A DNA stretch of 63,614 bases, counting the filler, from Stramenopiles sp. TOSAG23-3 (lineage: Eukaryota): NCBI GenBank assembly GCA_900128585.1. It is 13 parts of 13 records of this genome, joined end to end, with 100 filler letters (N's around TTAATTAATTAA, not from the genome) between each part and the next. Parts side by side here need not be neighbours in the genome. Positions count along the whole stretch, not along the records: positions 28,002 to 33,494 come from LT643513.1; positions 33,595 to 39,079 come from LT643514.1; positions 39,180 to 44,661 come from LT643515.1; 10 more parts are not named here. One strand, 5' to 3'. Made by a program: the position numbers and the translations under genes. Under the pieces are notes generated by a model. The model was not told the DNA's origin. It searched no databases and worked only from the letters and a program-made list of their open reading frames with translations. Positions 32,501-43,500 of the stretch are shown piece by piece (the first letter of the stretch is position 1; every line of letters begins with the position of its first letter).

Positions 32501-33494
32501 TCCTCGATGCCAAATCGCTCGATTGTAAAACAGACACCAATTCGGAGGAGGAATTGACATGGGCCACCACGGGCTGTCTGTTCTCTCCCCACAGCACGTC
32601 GTAGCCATTGACCGTTTGCATTGTAGTGTACTGCAGCACGAGTGGCAGGTACACGTTTGTGGAATCGCACGTTGTGTAAAGGGAGCCATCCTGCCACTTT
32701 AACGAGTCGTCGTACTTGATGTGAATCAACGCCGTCACGGTCATGTTGACAAAAGAACAGTATTGAAACGTTAACGGGGACGATTCCGACACGATTGCAG
32801 CGCTCGCAACGTTTAAATTACGGAACGTAACGTGCCGAAACTGTATCGGTGCCCCCGGTCTGCCGCTCGAGGCATGAAGAAAGCTCGTGTTTGTGAATCT
32901 GCCATCCATTACCATGTACTCAATATGAACGGGCTTGGTTCCGTACCCTTGTACTTTGATGCAGGAGCCCTTGCAAGATTGAAATTCAATGTTTGCACGA
33001 TTCTCTGCCTTGTGAGAGTATGTGCGAAAAATTGTTTTGGTGTTTTTCATTAACAGTTTCATGTCCGAAATGCTGAGCGTAACGTTTTCAGCAAGGTAAA
33101 TATTTTGATTGTCTTTCAGGTTCGACAGTATCGAAGAAGACGCTATAGTTTGAACATTTAGTATGTTGGGAAACCATGCAATTTTATCATCAAGCATTAT
33201 AGCACTTGCCAAATCGGTGCGACCGTCCCCGTCAATGTCGGCAGCAAATACGCTAGTGGCACCTTTTGCATTTTTAGAAACGATCTGTTGAGGTCCGAAA
33301 TGTCCTTTTCCGTCCGTATTTTCGTACCACGCGATTTTGTTGTCGATTACAGACGCACTTGCCAAATCGATGTCGCCATCCCCATCAATATCGGCAGCAA
33401 ATACGCTAGTGGCAGCTTTCACATTTGTAGAAACGATCTGTTGAGGTCCAAAATTTCCTTTTCCGTCCGTATTCTCGTACCACGCGATTTTGTT
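29556..33494 (-). CDS. Large receptor-like membrane protein (5' truncated): FG-GAP/VCBS repeats, Cys-rich GCC2/GCC3-like repeats, EF-hand, about 7-8 TM, WW domain
   Basis: ADIDGDGDIDL..IAWYEN repeats (153-bp DNA unit, frame open to contig end); CPRGTFQ..CIPCPAETY; CREGHAGIVCATC; FDAVDTDRSGEIERAEW; multiple TM; WEEFVDEAGSTYYYNPVTNESSWEKP. Confidence 0.85.
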   Translation of the reverse strand, partial: NKIAWYENTDGKGNFGPQQIVSTNVKAATSVFAADIDGDGDIDLASASVIDNKIAWYENTDGKGHFGPQQIVSKNAKGATSVFAADIDGDGRTDLASAIMLDDKIAWFPNILNVQTIASSSILSNLKDNQNIYLAENVTLSISDMKLLMKNTKTIFRTYSHKAENRANIEFQSCKGSCIKVQGYGTKPVHIEYMVMDGRFTNTSFLHASSGRPGAPIQFRHVTFRNLNVASAAIVSESSPLTFQYCSFVNMTVTALIHIKYDDSLKWQDGSLYTTCDSTNVYLPLVLQYTTMQTVNGYDVLWGENRQPVVAHVNSSSELVSVLQSSDLASRTPRWKSDACLTYSPNCCQKLPPLDDALKVQIYAGIQHTSAHLNVSTETPTDILRVNDTGVSSCPVGKSWQYELDTMHVKCLPIQCPAGMQVEGSTCELCPRGTFQPTKGESQCIPCPAETYGEDEGQASLNDCTKCTNAIPFSTTNGTEGITNKSGCICQVGYYTDRKGASDNWKCAPCPSGGSCANVGTRIETVRSQPTFWRSSSSSTAFLPCPYKSHCKGGQFHAQCREGHAGIVCATCMPEFVFQGEACDPCPGRTGAAAVSVELLGLCLAGIFVAGCASYAYLTAPAMTEKDIEGLKISMKHIKFEKEKVRRRTFLSMVESRDRSFSRAQIEQAFDAVDTDRSGEIERAEWSKFMGGNKFSALAEHVESAKQVSELVGALAPPRVQTLWALTKPTMKGIESMIRNTRKAIEAMKEKLRGIDVPLEFLDLPSLDNIDRILRKILRAFVEYNTEPSLLLQRLNGWLLKLHTLLPQVRLALPSIEGIDLNFLPSMWPSWDPILNQLEDLLAFKMPEMYRVDLRLPELQWGGWFMKLKIFIGFSQCFCYFPVTFDVQWPENLLRSMNWLEFTSIDFFAVFGEMSCRLQTGFLQKFIFHMLLFPMMVGVGGVAYALTKVIPSARKYTSESVRTQASTLVLLFAFTLYTGVSTRIFRLFKCQNIEGVWYLTADYTVQCRTGAWNWYAAFAGVCILVYVVGLPAFQLYVLLKNRANLHRADCENPRAQRRLEKQFGSIYTHYKPEAFYFDVVDLLRRLVLTGGLIMMGEEGVAQIFLGVVVCVAWLCLLIYKMPYAAMWDNVIAIVLALHLVLTLVAGMAIRLYAADDDQNEYQRVGFDIVLTIVTMLCVLLSVSSTLIGTPWVQRLYEAYQEKVEARRLTVVRTKSRRWSGVNPMAAPEGVEMTTVTNSGYKEKTLKSTVSESCMMNVENPLARNGKLRNKKAPRPDALWEEFVDEAGSTYYYNPVTNESSWEKPKQPRRADL

Positions 33495-34136
33495 NNNNNN
33501 NNNNNNNNNNNNNNNNNNNNNNNNNNNNNNNNNNNNNNTTAATTAATTAANNNNNNNNNNNNNNNNNNNNNNNNNNNNNNNNNNNNNNNNNNNNAAAAAA
33601 AAAATGAAAGAAGAAGATAGAAACAGAAGAAGAGCAGCTTGATCTTCTTTAATTATATTAACATTACACAGCAGAAGAGAGAGGGAGGAAATAAGAAGAT
33701 GATGATATAATTAAAATACTAATAAATAGTCTCTATTTATTGTAGTGACACTGTAGTCCTTATACCAATAGATGATTATATTAAAATAAAATAATATGAG
33801 AAGAAGAAGAAAGAAGAAAGAAGAAGAAAGAAGAAGAACGACGGACGACGACGAGAGAGGAGGAGAGAGATATAGAAGAAGAAGGAGGATGACAGCTCTC
33901 TTCTTCTCTGGTGGTGCGGTGCAAAACACTCAACAAGGTCTGTCTTACAACTAAATGTATTACATTCTTTTTGATCTTATAATTGTACCTGAACATTGGA
34001 ATTGCTTGAATTGACTTTGGATTGTCTTTGAAGAATATATACGGTGTATACGTCGCGATAGATAAAAAAAAGCAAGTTTGTTCATACTTAGCGGCTTCAC
34101 AGTGTACTTACGTGGTTATTCAACCTGTAGCATTAA

Positions 34137-34622
34137 ATGGCGAGTCGACCACTTGCAGGGCGTATCTGGAAACGTACCTTGAAAGAGAAACGGTTAGCGA
34201 AGGATCTAGTAAAGCGTTGGAATATTGTGACTGGTGATATGGTTCAAGTCATATCGGGAAAGGACAGGGGCAAGCAAGGGGAGGTTTTGCGTGTAAACCG
34301 TAAGCTGAATTTCGTCTACGTTGAGGGCGCTGCTTTGCGGCACACGTCTAATAGCCAAGGGGCTGAGTTGAGGAGCCCAGGAGCCATACACTACTCCAAC
34401 GTACAGTTAGTTGACCCAGAAACCGGATCTCGCACCAAAGTGAACCGGAGAATAATAGGCGGAGAGAAGGTGCGAGTTGCGTCAGCAACCGGCAATATAA
34501 TCGATAAGCCCACTGTAATAGATCCCTCGGAAACCGTCAAACCGGACGAGAAAACGACAGCTGCGAAGTATGTTTTGGAAAAGACGTATGTCCCCCCTGA
34601 CTATGAAAACATGCAGTTTTGA
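34137..34622 (+). CDS. MRPL24: Mitochondrial ribosomal protein uL24m
   Basis: WNIVTGDMVQVISGKDRGKQGEV (KOW), VYVEG and IHYSNVQLVDP are L24 motifs. Confidence 0.9.
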   Translation: MASRPLAGRIWKRTLKEKRLAKDLVKRWNIVTGDMVQVISGKDRGKQGEVLRVNRKLNFVYVEGAALRHTSNSQGAELRSPGAIHYSNVQLVDPETGSRTKVNRRIIGGEKVRVASATGNIIDKPTVIDPSETVKPDEKTTAAKYVLEKTYVPPDYENMQF

Positions 34623-34987
34623 TTCAGAACTCAATTTTGAACCTTGTTTTTTCGTGCAGCTTCGGGCATACCTGAACGGTCGACAGGGGGTAGATTATTT
34701 TGTAGAAGTTATTTTATAAAAGTGACAGTATTTGAAATAAAACGTGTTGTGTTTGGTCGCACAATCTTGTATTATTTGATTTCTTTGGTCATAATAATTG
34801 TTTGTTTTGGTATGAGAGATGTGTAATAGCGAGAGCAGTATATTATGTGTACACCATTTAGTAGTGTTAATAGTCGTCGTCCTCTATTTATTACTCGTAC
34901 ATGTAATACCAGGTAATTGAGGGGGAAAAAATCAAAACAATCATCCACGTTCCATAGTGTACCAGTATTTAAAAATCAGAATCAAAT

Positions 34988-35035
34988 GCTGTGAGCTGTG
35001 AGCTGTGAGCTGTGAGCTGTGAGCTGTGAGCTGTG
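34988..35035 (+). repeat. 7-bp tandem repeat (GCTGTGA) x~7
   Basis: Seen directly in the intergenic region between uL24m and the IMPDH-like gene. Confidence 0.95.
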
Positions 35036-35814
35036 TATAATAATATATAAAAATAACCAAACTGTCGTAGGTGTACAGAAGAAGGAAGGTGAGGTTCTCT
35101 TCCATTTTTATACTTATATATTATAATTTATATACTAATATAATATTCCCTATGTTATAAAGTATACGTCCATATTTCACTCAAACCACAGAAGAACAAA
35201 TCAATAAAATGCAATAAAAATACATCACACAGCATCTACTCACCACCCAAAATCAGACTGAGGCTTTTGATGATGACGATGGCATATATTTATATCAACA
35301 CAGCACCTATTAATTATTACAAAAAAACAAATAAATTAACCAGTACGAGGACGTAGTAGTATAGCTGTATACTAACAAGTAGTACTTAAACATTTTAAAT
35401 TACACAGCATAGGATGTGGATGGTGATGATGAAAGAAAAGGCGCGATGATGATTATTTGGGAAGGCAGCATGTAGGCAGCTAGCAGCAGGGACATCAGAT
35501 TATAATTGAATAGGATGAGAAGATTTGGAGGAGGAGAAAGGAGGAGAGGAGAGAGGAGATATTTAATATCGTGGTGGTTGAAAACAAACAAACTGTTCAG
35601 CTTTCTGCAATCAACACTTACCAAACCACCAAAATAGACTAACGTGGGTGAATGTATTGATTAGGAATGAAGAGCACAGGATTAACCACCTTTCTTTACA
35701 TCGCTTTATTTTGTTATTTTAGCGGAACAATAATAGAAGGAGTTAGAAGTTAGTTAGTGTTTGAAACGAGCAGTAAAGTAGTTGTTCCAGTGCCTGCCTG
35801 ACCGACCGATACCC

Positions 35815-37383
35815 ATGTCTGCGATTAGTACTATCCTTGCTGGCAGTGTGCCGATGGTTGACGGGAAACCGGCGACAGAAGTCGTCGATGGCGTATCCGC
35901 ACGCCAATTGTTTGGGGATAAAAACCGCCGCTCTGGCGTCACGTTTGACGACTTGATCATTCTTCCCGGTGAAATTAGCTTTGGGTGCGATGATGTCAAC
36001 CTGAAAACGAAGGTTACCAGGAACATATCCTTGGCCCTTCCTTTTGTTTCTTCCCCGATGGACACCGTGACCGAGTCGTCTATGGCCATACACATGGCCC
36101 TACAGGGCGGGCTGGGGGTAATCCACCACCACATGCCAGTAGATAAGCAAGCGGGCGAAGTGCAGCGTGTGAAACGGTACCGCAGTGGTTTCATCATAGC
36201 GCCCTATTGCATGAGTCCCAACCAGACCTTGAGCGATGTCGACAAATTGAAAGAAGAGAAAGGGTACACGGCGATCCCCATTACTGAGACCGGGGGCGTT
36301 GGCGGAAAGCTTTTGGGAATTCTTACTTCACGCGATAGCGATTTCGTTGAAAATAGAAATACGTTGGTGAGGATGCTAATGACGCCTGCTGCTGACCTTG
36401 TGACCGCAAAAGAAGGGTGCACCCTGGAAGCTGCGCAGGGTTTGTTGCGACAGAGCAAGAAGGGGAAGCTTCTGATAGTGAACGATAATTTTGAACTGGT
36501 CTCAATGATCAGCCGGACGGACTTGTCGAAGAACCGCGATTACCCCCTGGCGACAAAATCGTTGAAAGACCAAAACTTGTGCTGCGCCGCCGCCGTGCCT
36601 TGCACACTGGCCGAGAAAGACCGCGTCGACGCCCTCGTTGCCGCCGGGGTAGACGTTCTTGTCCTCGATGCCAAGCAAGGGGACTCCGTGGACCAAGTGG
36701 ACATGTTAAAGTACATACGAGAAAAATATGGTGCTGAAGTTGATGTTATTGGCGGTAACGTCGTGACGATATCCCAAGTCAGACGCTTGATTGACGCCGG
36801 TGTTGATGGTATTCGGGTCGGTATGGGCGCCGGGACTATTTCGACCTCTCAAATAGTGAAAGCAGTCGGGCGTGCCCAGTTGTCCGCGGTTTACTTTACT
36901 GCGATGATCGCGCGAGAGCACGGTATACCAGTCATTGCCGACGGTGGCATTTCCAGCACGGGGGGCGCGACTAAGGCCATTGCCATTGGCGCTTCATGCA
37001 TCATGATGGGGTCGTTGCTGGCCGGTTCCAAAGAGGCCCCAGGTGAATATTTCTTCCAAAATGGAACAAGGCTGAAAAAGTACCGCGGCATGGATAGTTT
37101 AGATGCCCGCGAGAGTTTTGGGCAACCGGTCAACGATAGCGTCCAGTTTAGCCACGGCGTCAGTGGCGCGGTGGTGGACAAGGGTTCCGTCGCGCGGTAC
37201 ATCCCGTACTTGGCACAAAGCATGCGCCATGGGTTCCAGGACATTGGAGTACAGTCCATTGATGGCATCCACAATTACCTCGTCTCTGGAAAGTTGCGCT
37301 TTGAAATCCGATCCCAAGCTGCTCAGAAAGAGGGCGGCGTACACGATCTGTTTAGTTACAAAAAGCGGCTTTTCAAGAGCTAG
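35815..37383 (+). CDS. IMPDH: IMP dehydrogenase-like protein with CBS pair; catalytic Cys replaced by Ser
   Basis: [21 protein letters not shown] pair, [39 protein letters not shown] and AQKEGGVH are all present, but the active-site loop reads [11 protein letters not shown] instead of GMGSGSICITQ. Confidence 0.92.
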   Translation: MSAISTILAGSVPMVDGKPATEVVDGVSARQLFGDKNRRSGVTFDDLIILPGEISFGCDDVNLKTKVTRNISLALPFVSSPMDTVTESSMAIHMALQGGLGVIHHHMPVDKQAGEVQRVKRYRSGFIIAPYCMSPNQTLSDVDKLKEEKGYTAIPITETGGVGGKLLGILTSRDSDFVENRNTLVRMLMTPAADLVTAKEGCTLEAAQGLLRQSKKGKLLIVNDNFELVSMISRTDLSKNRDYPLATKSLKDQNLCCAAAVPCTLAEKDRVDALVAAGVDVLVLDAKQGDSVDQVDMLKYIREKYGAEVDVIGGNVVTISQVRRLIDAGVDGIRVGMGAGTISTSQIVKAVGRAQLSAVYFTAMIAREHGIPVIADGGISSTGGATKAIAIGASCIMMGSLLAGSKEAPGEYFFQNGTRLKKYRGMDSLDARESFGQPVNDSVQFSHGVSGAVVDKGSVARYIPYLAQSMRHGFQDIGVQSIDGIHNYLVSGKLRFEIRSQAAQKEGGVHDLFSYKKRLFKS

Positions 37384-38515
37384 GCTATGAAAGTCTTGGT
37401 GCTGCGACCTCGTGCATGCCAGTCGTTAGTTAGTCATGTGTTCAGCTGAATGAATGACCGGAACAGTACCGAAGTGGCAACTTCAAAAAAAATACCAACC
37501 CAAAATTGCTAAAGTTCTTACTGTGCTGTGTTTTATATTTTTAAGAGTAAAAAAACAGCCTAATTCAGTTTATCTCCAGATTCATTTTCGCGGTACACGA
37601 AGACGATAAATTTTAATTACACACTTAAATAAACACAAGAAAATTGGCTGTTATTTAAGATAAATAACCGCCAGACATATCATACTATGCATTATAAATA
37701 ATTTGTTTCAATCTGGTTTAGCACGACAATCGGAGTGAAATCGATACGCCCACGAAATATCAACACCAACGACATCCCAATTTTCTTGACGTCCGAGGCA
37801 ATAGTGAAGTTCCNNNNNNNNNNNNNNNNNNNNNNNNNNNNNNNNNNNNNNNNNNNNNNNNNNNNNNNNNNNNNNNNNNNNNNNNNNNNNNNNNNNNNNN
37901 NNNNNNNNNNNNNNNNNNNNNNNNNNNNNNNNNNNNNNNNNNNNNNNNNNNNNNNATCGTAGGAACGACAAAGGAGGTACCGACCGACTTTAAGTGATAT
38001 GAATTTTAGCAGTTGCAAAATTAGATCAGTTCTACAATTGGGATAATCTTGCGAGTCTTAAAACACATACTATATCATTAGTTTTTTTAATAATTTGTTT
38101 CTACATAAATAACCGCCAGTATTTTGTTTTTAACTATGATAAAAGTATAAAAAAATTATTTAATTAAGTAATTAAAATTCGTGTACTGCGAACTTATCTC
38201 TACTGTTGTGTGATTTTAGTAATCAATATACCCTTGTCACTTACTTAGTCTTGACTATCATTCTCATGTGTACTCCATGCATGATCCGAATCAGTGTGTG
38301 GAATTGCGTCGATGTCAAAAGACCCATAGTCAACTTCCTCATCCAACGTCTCACTCATAGATGAATCATTCCTTGTATAGTTTTCCAAGCAGCGGCGTGA
38401 ATGTTATAATATAAAAAACGTTTTGAATAAAGTAATTTTGTACGACTGACTTATTCACAAAATTTTGCACTAAACCCAGAGGAACCATTTCACCACAATC
38501 GTGCCCGTTAAAAAA

Positions 38516-38992
38516 TTAAATCAAGGGTTTCGGTATGGGAAACAATCTATACACGGTGGCATGGCATTGAAGTCGAAACCCGCATGCTTGGCGGTGGATG
38601 ATCAAATTAGTCCTTGCCCGAATTGCCTCCTGTCTCCAGTGTTTGTGCAGACGAATGTCCTCCGCCGTTCGCTGTTCCTCAGACCTTGCAATCAAATCGC
38701 ACTGCAAGAGTGCCCAGTTAACCTTATCTTCCGTCTCCTTCAAAGCCCGGGCAATCTCTCCTCTCATTTCTTGCTCTAAGCCGCTGATCAAACTCTCCCC
38801 TGAAACGACTTCCCCACGCAGCTTGTCCAGGTACGGAGACTCTACATTTTCGTCCAGAAGCGCGTTGGCAAGCCTCCTCACTTGTTTTTCACTATGGGGT
38901 TCTTTGGTGACAATTTGTTTTACGGAAAATTTCCGCAGGACAACCCCGTCCTGTCTCCAGAAGGACATGACTCGAAATCGCGAGAGATACAT
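38516..38992 (-). CDS. Hypothetical protein, possibly DUF6665-like, possible mitochondrial presequence
   Basis: LEQEMRGEIARAL..EAIRARTNLIIHRQACGFR..H..V..FPIP resembles, from memory, the bacterial DUF6665 pattern (LE.E...E.A.ALG..QRE.CG....H..V...YxIP). Confidence 0.55.
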   Translation of the reverse strand: MYLSRFRVMSFWRQDGVVLRKFSVKQIVTKEPHSEKQVRRLANALLDENVESPYLDKLRGEVVSGESLISGLEQEMRGEIARALKETEDKVNWALLQCDLIARSEEQRTAEDIRLHKHWRQEAIRARTNLIIHRQACGFRLQCHATVYRLFPIPKPLI

Positions 38993-39179
38993 TCCAAAAC
39001 TTTTTTTTTTTTACTTTAAACCGACGAGCGTTGGAAGTGAGAGGTTCAACCAAACACTCTCTCCCTCACCGAATGAGTGNNNNNNNNNNNNNNNNNNNNN
39101 NNNNNNNNNNNNNNNNNNNNNNNTTAATTAATTAANNNNNNNNNNNNNNNNNNNNNNNNNNNNNNNNNNNNNNNNNNNN

Positions 39180-40141
39180 GCCAGTTCGCTTATGTGTTTC
39201 TTTATCTTCGCCCCCCCGTTTCGACTCAAAAGCATATCACTTTCCAAGTACAGGATCCAGTCTTTGCACCTGGCATTTTTTAAAGCTACATTTCTCAAGA
39301 ACTGAATGGGATAAAAGAATTTGTCGTTGCCGTCATAATCATGAAAAGGGCTCTGATTATCGTCGTAGATAACGTGAATGTCGGCGAATTTCCGAAAATA
39401 TTCAGATTCCAAATAGAACTTTTTCAACGTTTTAAAAGCATCATTTTTGAAGTCTTTATATCGGATGAATACCGCAGCGCTAACTGGTCCTTTGTAGTTT
39501 TCAACCAGTTCTTTCAGCTGACGTACCCTCTCCATAGAAAGCTGCGTCACTACACACGTGTCCTCTTGGTTTGGAGTGTAGCTTCCCATATAAAAGTATG
39601 ATCGAGTTGGATAATTTCGATATTGTGGGAATACATTGTAAAGAAAATGCAAAGTCCCCCTGCGAAAGCGTGCACACGGATCTCTGTTGTTGTCTTCAAG
39701 GGTCGCCAAAAATATTTCTGGGCTCCTTTCTATACTCTTCGAAATATTCTTCGACTTGTAATACAGTTGGATAAAAATAGGAAATTCTGGCCCTGTGTGC
39801 AAGAGAGCAAGGCTGCTGCCTCCTCGAAACGCCAGACCGTATGCCATTGCGCCATTATCGTAGCCAACATTAAATTTTAGAACTTCCCGCTCTGTCTCCG
39901 CTTGTTTGAATACCAGTAATGGTTTCTTAATCCTGCGATGTTGTAGGCCAAAGCGAATCGTTGCAGACCTCCACTTATTGTCTAGTGTTCGCCAGACAAA
40001 AGGATTGCGGAAAGGCAAACATTGGAAAAGTGACATTGCTTCGTCATTTTCGAATGTTGCTCGAGATTCATTGAACGACCTTACCCATGGCGACAAGTAA
40101 TCGAACGAAGAAGTATGACTCTCGGCCATGCGAGTAATCAA
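39180..40141 (-). CDS. Glycosyltransferase family 49-like (LARGE/B4GAT1-type), 3' truncated
   Basis: TCVVTQLSMERV..YKGPVSAAVF and FYPIQFLRNVAL..WILYLESD match GT49; the DxD position reads ESD; start codon uncertain. Confidence 0.75.
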
Positions 40142-40556
40142 ACAAAGGGGCCTCTGACATCTTTGTATTTTTCCTCTCGATTTTATACTTCAAGGAGGGG
40201 AAATACGCAAAAGTTTAAATGAAGCGCCGGTAGAAAAGTGAATTTTCAAGTAGAAATGTATATACGTGTGTGATATTAATACTACTATTCACTTCTAAAT
40301 AAATGGGGTTCCTGGTACCTGGTACCGTACCAGGTATAATACCAGGTACCGGTAGTAGTCGTATATTAATAATATAATATATACTTTTATATATTACTAC
40401 TACAGAGTATATAGATTATATAAAAAAGTATATTTATCATAATAAATTATGTTTTGTAGTAATTTTTTTGTTAGTGGAATACGACGACTTCGATTATTAT
40501 ACGGTACATGGTAAAAATAAGTTTGACATATACGAAGAATGCTCAATAAATAGTCA

Positions 40557-43500
40557 TTATGGCCTGCATGGTAGCTCCGTAATATTTTCTTCTACTACCC
40601 TCTTTGGCAAACAAACGATCTTTTCGCCGTCTATGTGACATTTTACGTACCCATCCACGCTAGCTTCCCTTTGGATGTTTGTAAAATTGAAACCTGACGT
40701 GGAGTTTTCGTGGACTTTCAAAGGCAGTGTGAGAACCATGACAAAGTTTTTGCCAAAGTACACAGACGGCAAGGGCCCGACCAAATCATTATCATGCAGC
40801 TTCATACAAGTTATAATCCTCAACTTTTCTTCGCTTATTTCCGGCACTGTTCCGTTAAATTTGTTTCCTTGCATGTGTATGTCGTTCAATAGGGGCATAT
40901 TCAGAATACTATCAGGGATAGGCCCTGAAAGACTGTTATGTGCGATCTCTAAAATTTTAAGTTCAGAAAAGTTGTATGGAGGAAGGTGACCAGTAAGACT
41001 ACTTCTGACAGCTCCAAAGTGCTCCAATTTCGGAAGATTTCGATCGTAGTACCCCGGAAGTGGACCGGGTACTGGATTATCAAACAATTTCAGCAGAGCC
41101 AGCTTACTTTTATTTGTAAACACAGGAATCGATGCAATGCTGATACCCATATGGTGCATATCTATGTCTAAATTCACAAGGTACTCGCTTTCCGAGAAGA
41201 ATGTAGGCCACGCAAATGAATATATGCCGTTCTTGACCGGGGCCAACACACTGTTTTTTTTGTAATTTACCCCTGCTCGTACCCGGTAATCAGAAACCCT
41301 GCGCAAAATGATACTGTAACATAATTTAAAGCATTCGGGGATTACTGAGACGTTGCTGTGCTCTGCCAAGTATTTTATTTTTATTGAACGAAAACCAGTC
41401 AAATTGCACATATTTTGTAAATCGGCGTTTGTTATGTGAAGTTCCGGATTGCTACCAAGGTCAATTGATACCACCTGCTCCATCTGTTTCAGTAGCACCC
41501 AAGGCACCTCGTGTAAACCACAATGTCGCATTTGCAGCATTTGGACGGATGTTTCCCGATAGTTGATTTCCGAATGCATTTCGCGTGCTGCAAAATACCT
41601 AAGTATGGTGCTGTCAATTATGGAGAGAGGTTGCCCCGACAAATCCAGTTTGCGCAACGCTGGCCAAGATATGTTTATGCTGTTCTTACAGTCTCCCATT
41701 TTGTGTCCAAATATAACGCTAGATGTTCTTTGCCCTGCAAGAATGTTACCGAACTTATTTCTAGACATATTAAGAATCCTGAGGTGGCTGCAGCCCTCCA
41801 ATAATTCAAACGTGACGTATTCGTCATCAAATTTATTCCCGCTCAAATCAATATGTTGGACGGTGTTACAGAAATGCTTTTGTATAAAATCTCGAACAAC
41901 TAGTTGCCTAGAAGCGTCCATTTGTTTATCTCGCCACCTCAAATGTTTCTGCAGCGGGGTGTCGTTAAAATCAAAGTGGGCTAAATCCAAATCAAGCATA
42001 GATGTGGACAACCCATCCTCCTGCAACTTTGTTGACCGTAGCCCTAGCGTCGTCAAGTTCTCCAGGTTCGAAACGCATGATGGAACGTGAGAAATTGCTC
42101 CCTGGTTTGACGCGTTCAAGATCATTAGTGACTTCAAGTTTTGGCAGATAAACGCTGTAGGAAAACCCTTGCTGTTTAAATTGCATGATATCGTTAGGGA
42201 GTGTTGCACTGGGTTTCCGTCAAAATGGGCTTCAAGGTTCTTCATTAAAAGTGGGCATGGCAGCTGCTTGATATCATTATTTCTCAAGCTGAGAAGTTCC
42301 AGCGATCTAAATTCTCCAATAACATCCGGTATTGCAGATATATCTTTGTCGTCAGCTTCAATTGTTTTAATGTACTCAAATCCACAGGACGGGGAAAAAA
42401 GACCGTGTTTGAACATCAACTTGGGATGTGCAGGCTCCCAAAATGGCGCACCAACGATATTTGTACACTCAGTGTATTTCATTGCCAGCTGTGCCGACAA
42501 AACAACCACTGAAATCGTGCCTGTTGCTATTAGTGCTACCTCTGCCGCATGCTCGATGGTGCTGCGTTTCTTTTTTAACAGATTTCTCATGCTTCCGGCA
42601 GAGCGTTTCAAAACGTCCCCGACACTCCCAAAGCCATGGGAGAGGCCCCTCACAACATTAGGGGGGGCTTTGATCATGCTTTCAGGCTGCCGTTTTCCCT
42701 TCCGAGTGCGGGATACAATATTGATGTAGACTTGCCTGACCCTCATGTAAATGGTGATAGCGGGGAAAAATATCGCGACAATTACAGAAAATCTCCTTTC
42801 TAACTGATCAATAAGATCCCCACCTCGCCATAGATTATTGAATAGGAAAAGTACATCAAGGCACGAGTCATACAAGTAAATAATGACATTTGCATTCTGC
42901 TCGCACTTAACCCTAAGAAGCAACAAAAATGGCGACACGGTTGTATTTAAAAAAAGTAAAATGTAAGATGCAACCATGAAAGTCAAATTTCGATCGTGGC
43001 AAATTTCAAAAAGGGATGCATATTGGACAACAATTTCGATCAATTCAAGCAGGAGAATTTTTTGAAACAAAAATGTCGTTCACGCTGGAGTCGATGAAAA
43101 TCACACCCCTGAAAATAGATCCAAAGTACGCCGTAGCTGCATACATTGCTTTTATGGAAAAACAGTAAAAACCAAATATTGCACAGTACGTAAAGATTCG
43201 TTCAGAAGGTGTACCTGCGGTGTCGATATAAGATTCTTGAACAAGCCCGTGCCAAAAAATTAATGCTCCAACGATGCCAGCTACAGTCCCCGCAAACGCA
43301 ACTTTTGCTTTTTCCCAGGCCCCCATTAGTAAAACCGTATCGCCTTTCTCGCTTATCGTTTTAGAGCCTCTTCTTGTTGACCTTCGTGTGCCCCCCGTAG
43401 TTGCCCTTGCTTTCTTCCTTTTTCTCCGCTCCATTTCTTTTCTTGACTTTGCGCTTAATGGTTTGCTCGCAGCAATTGCGGAGCGTAATACCATCAATAA

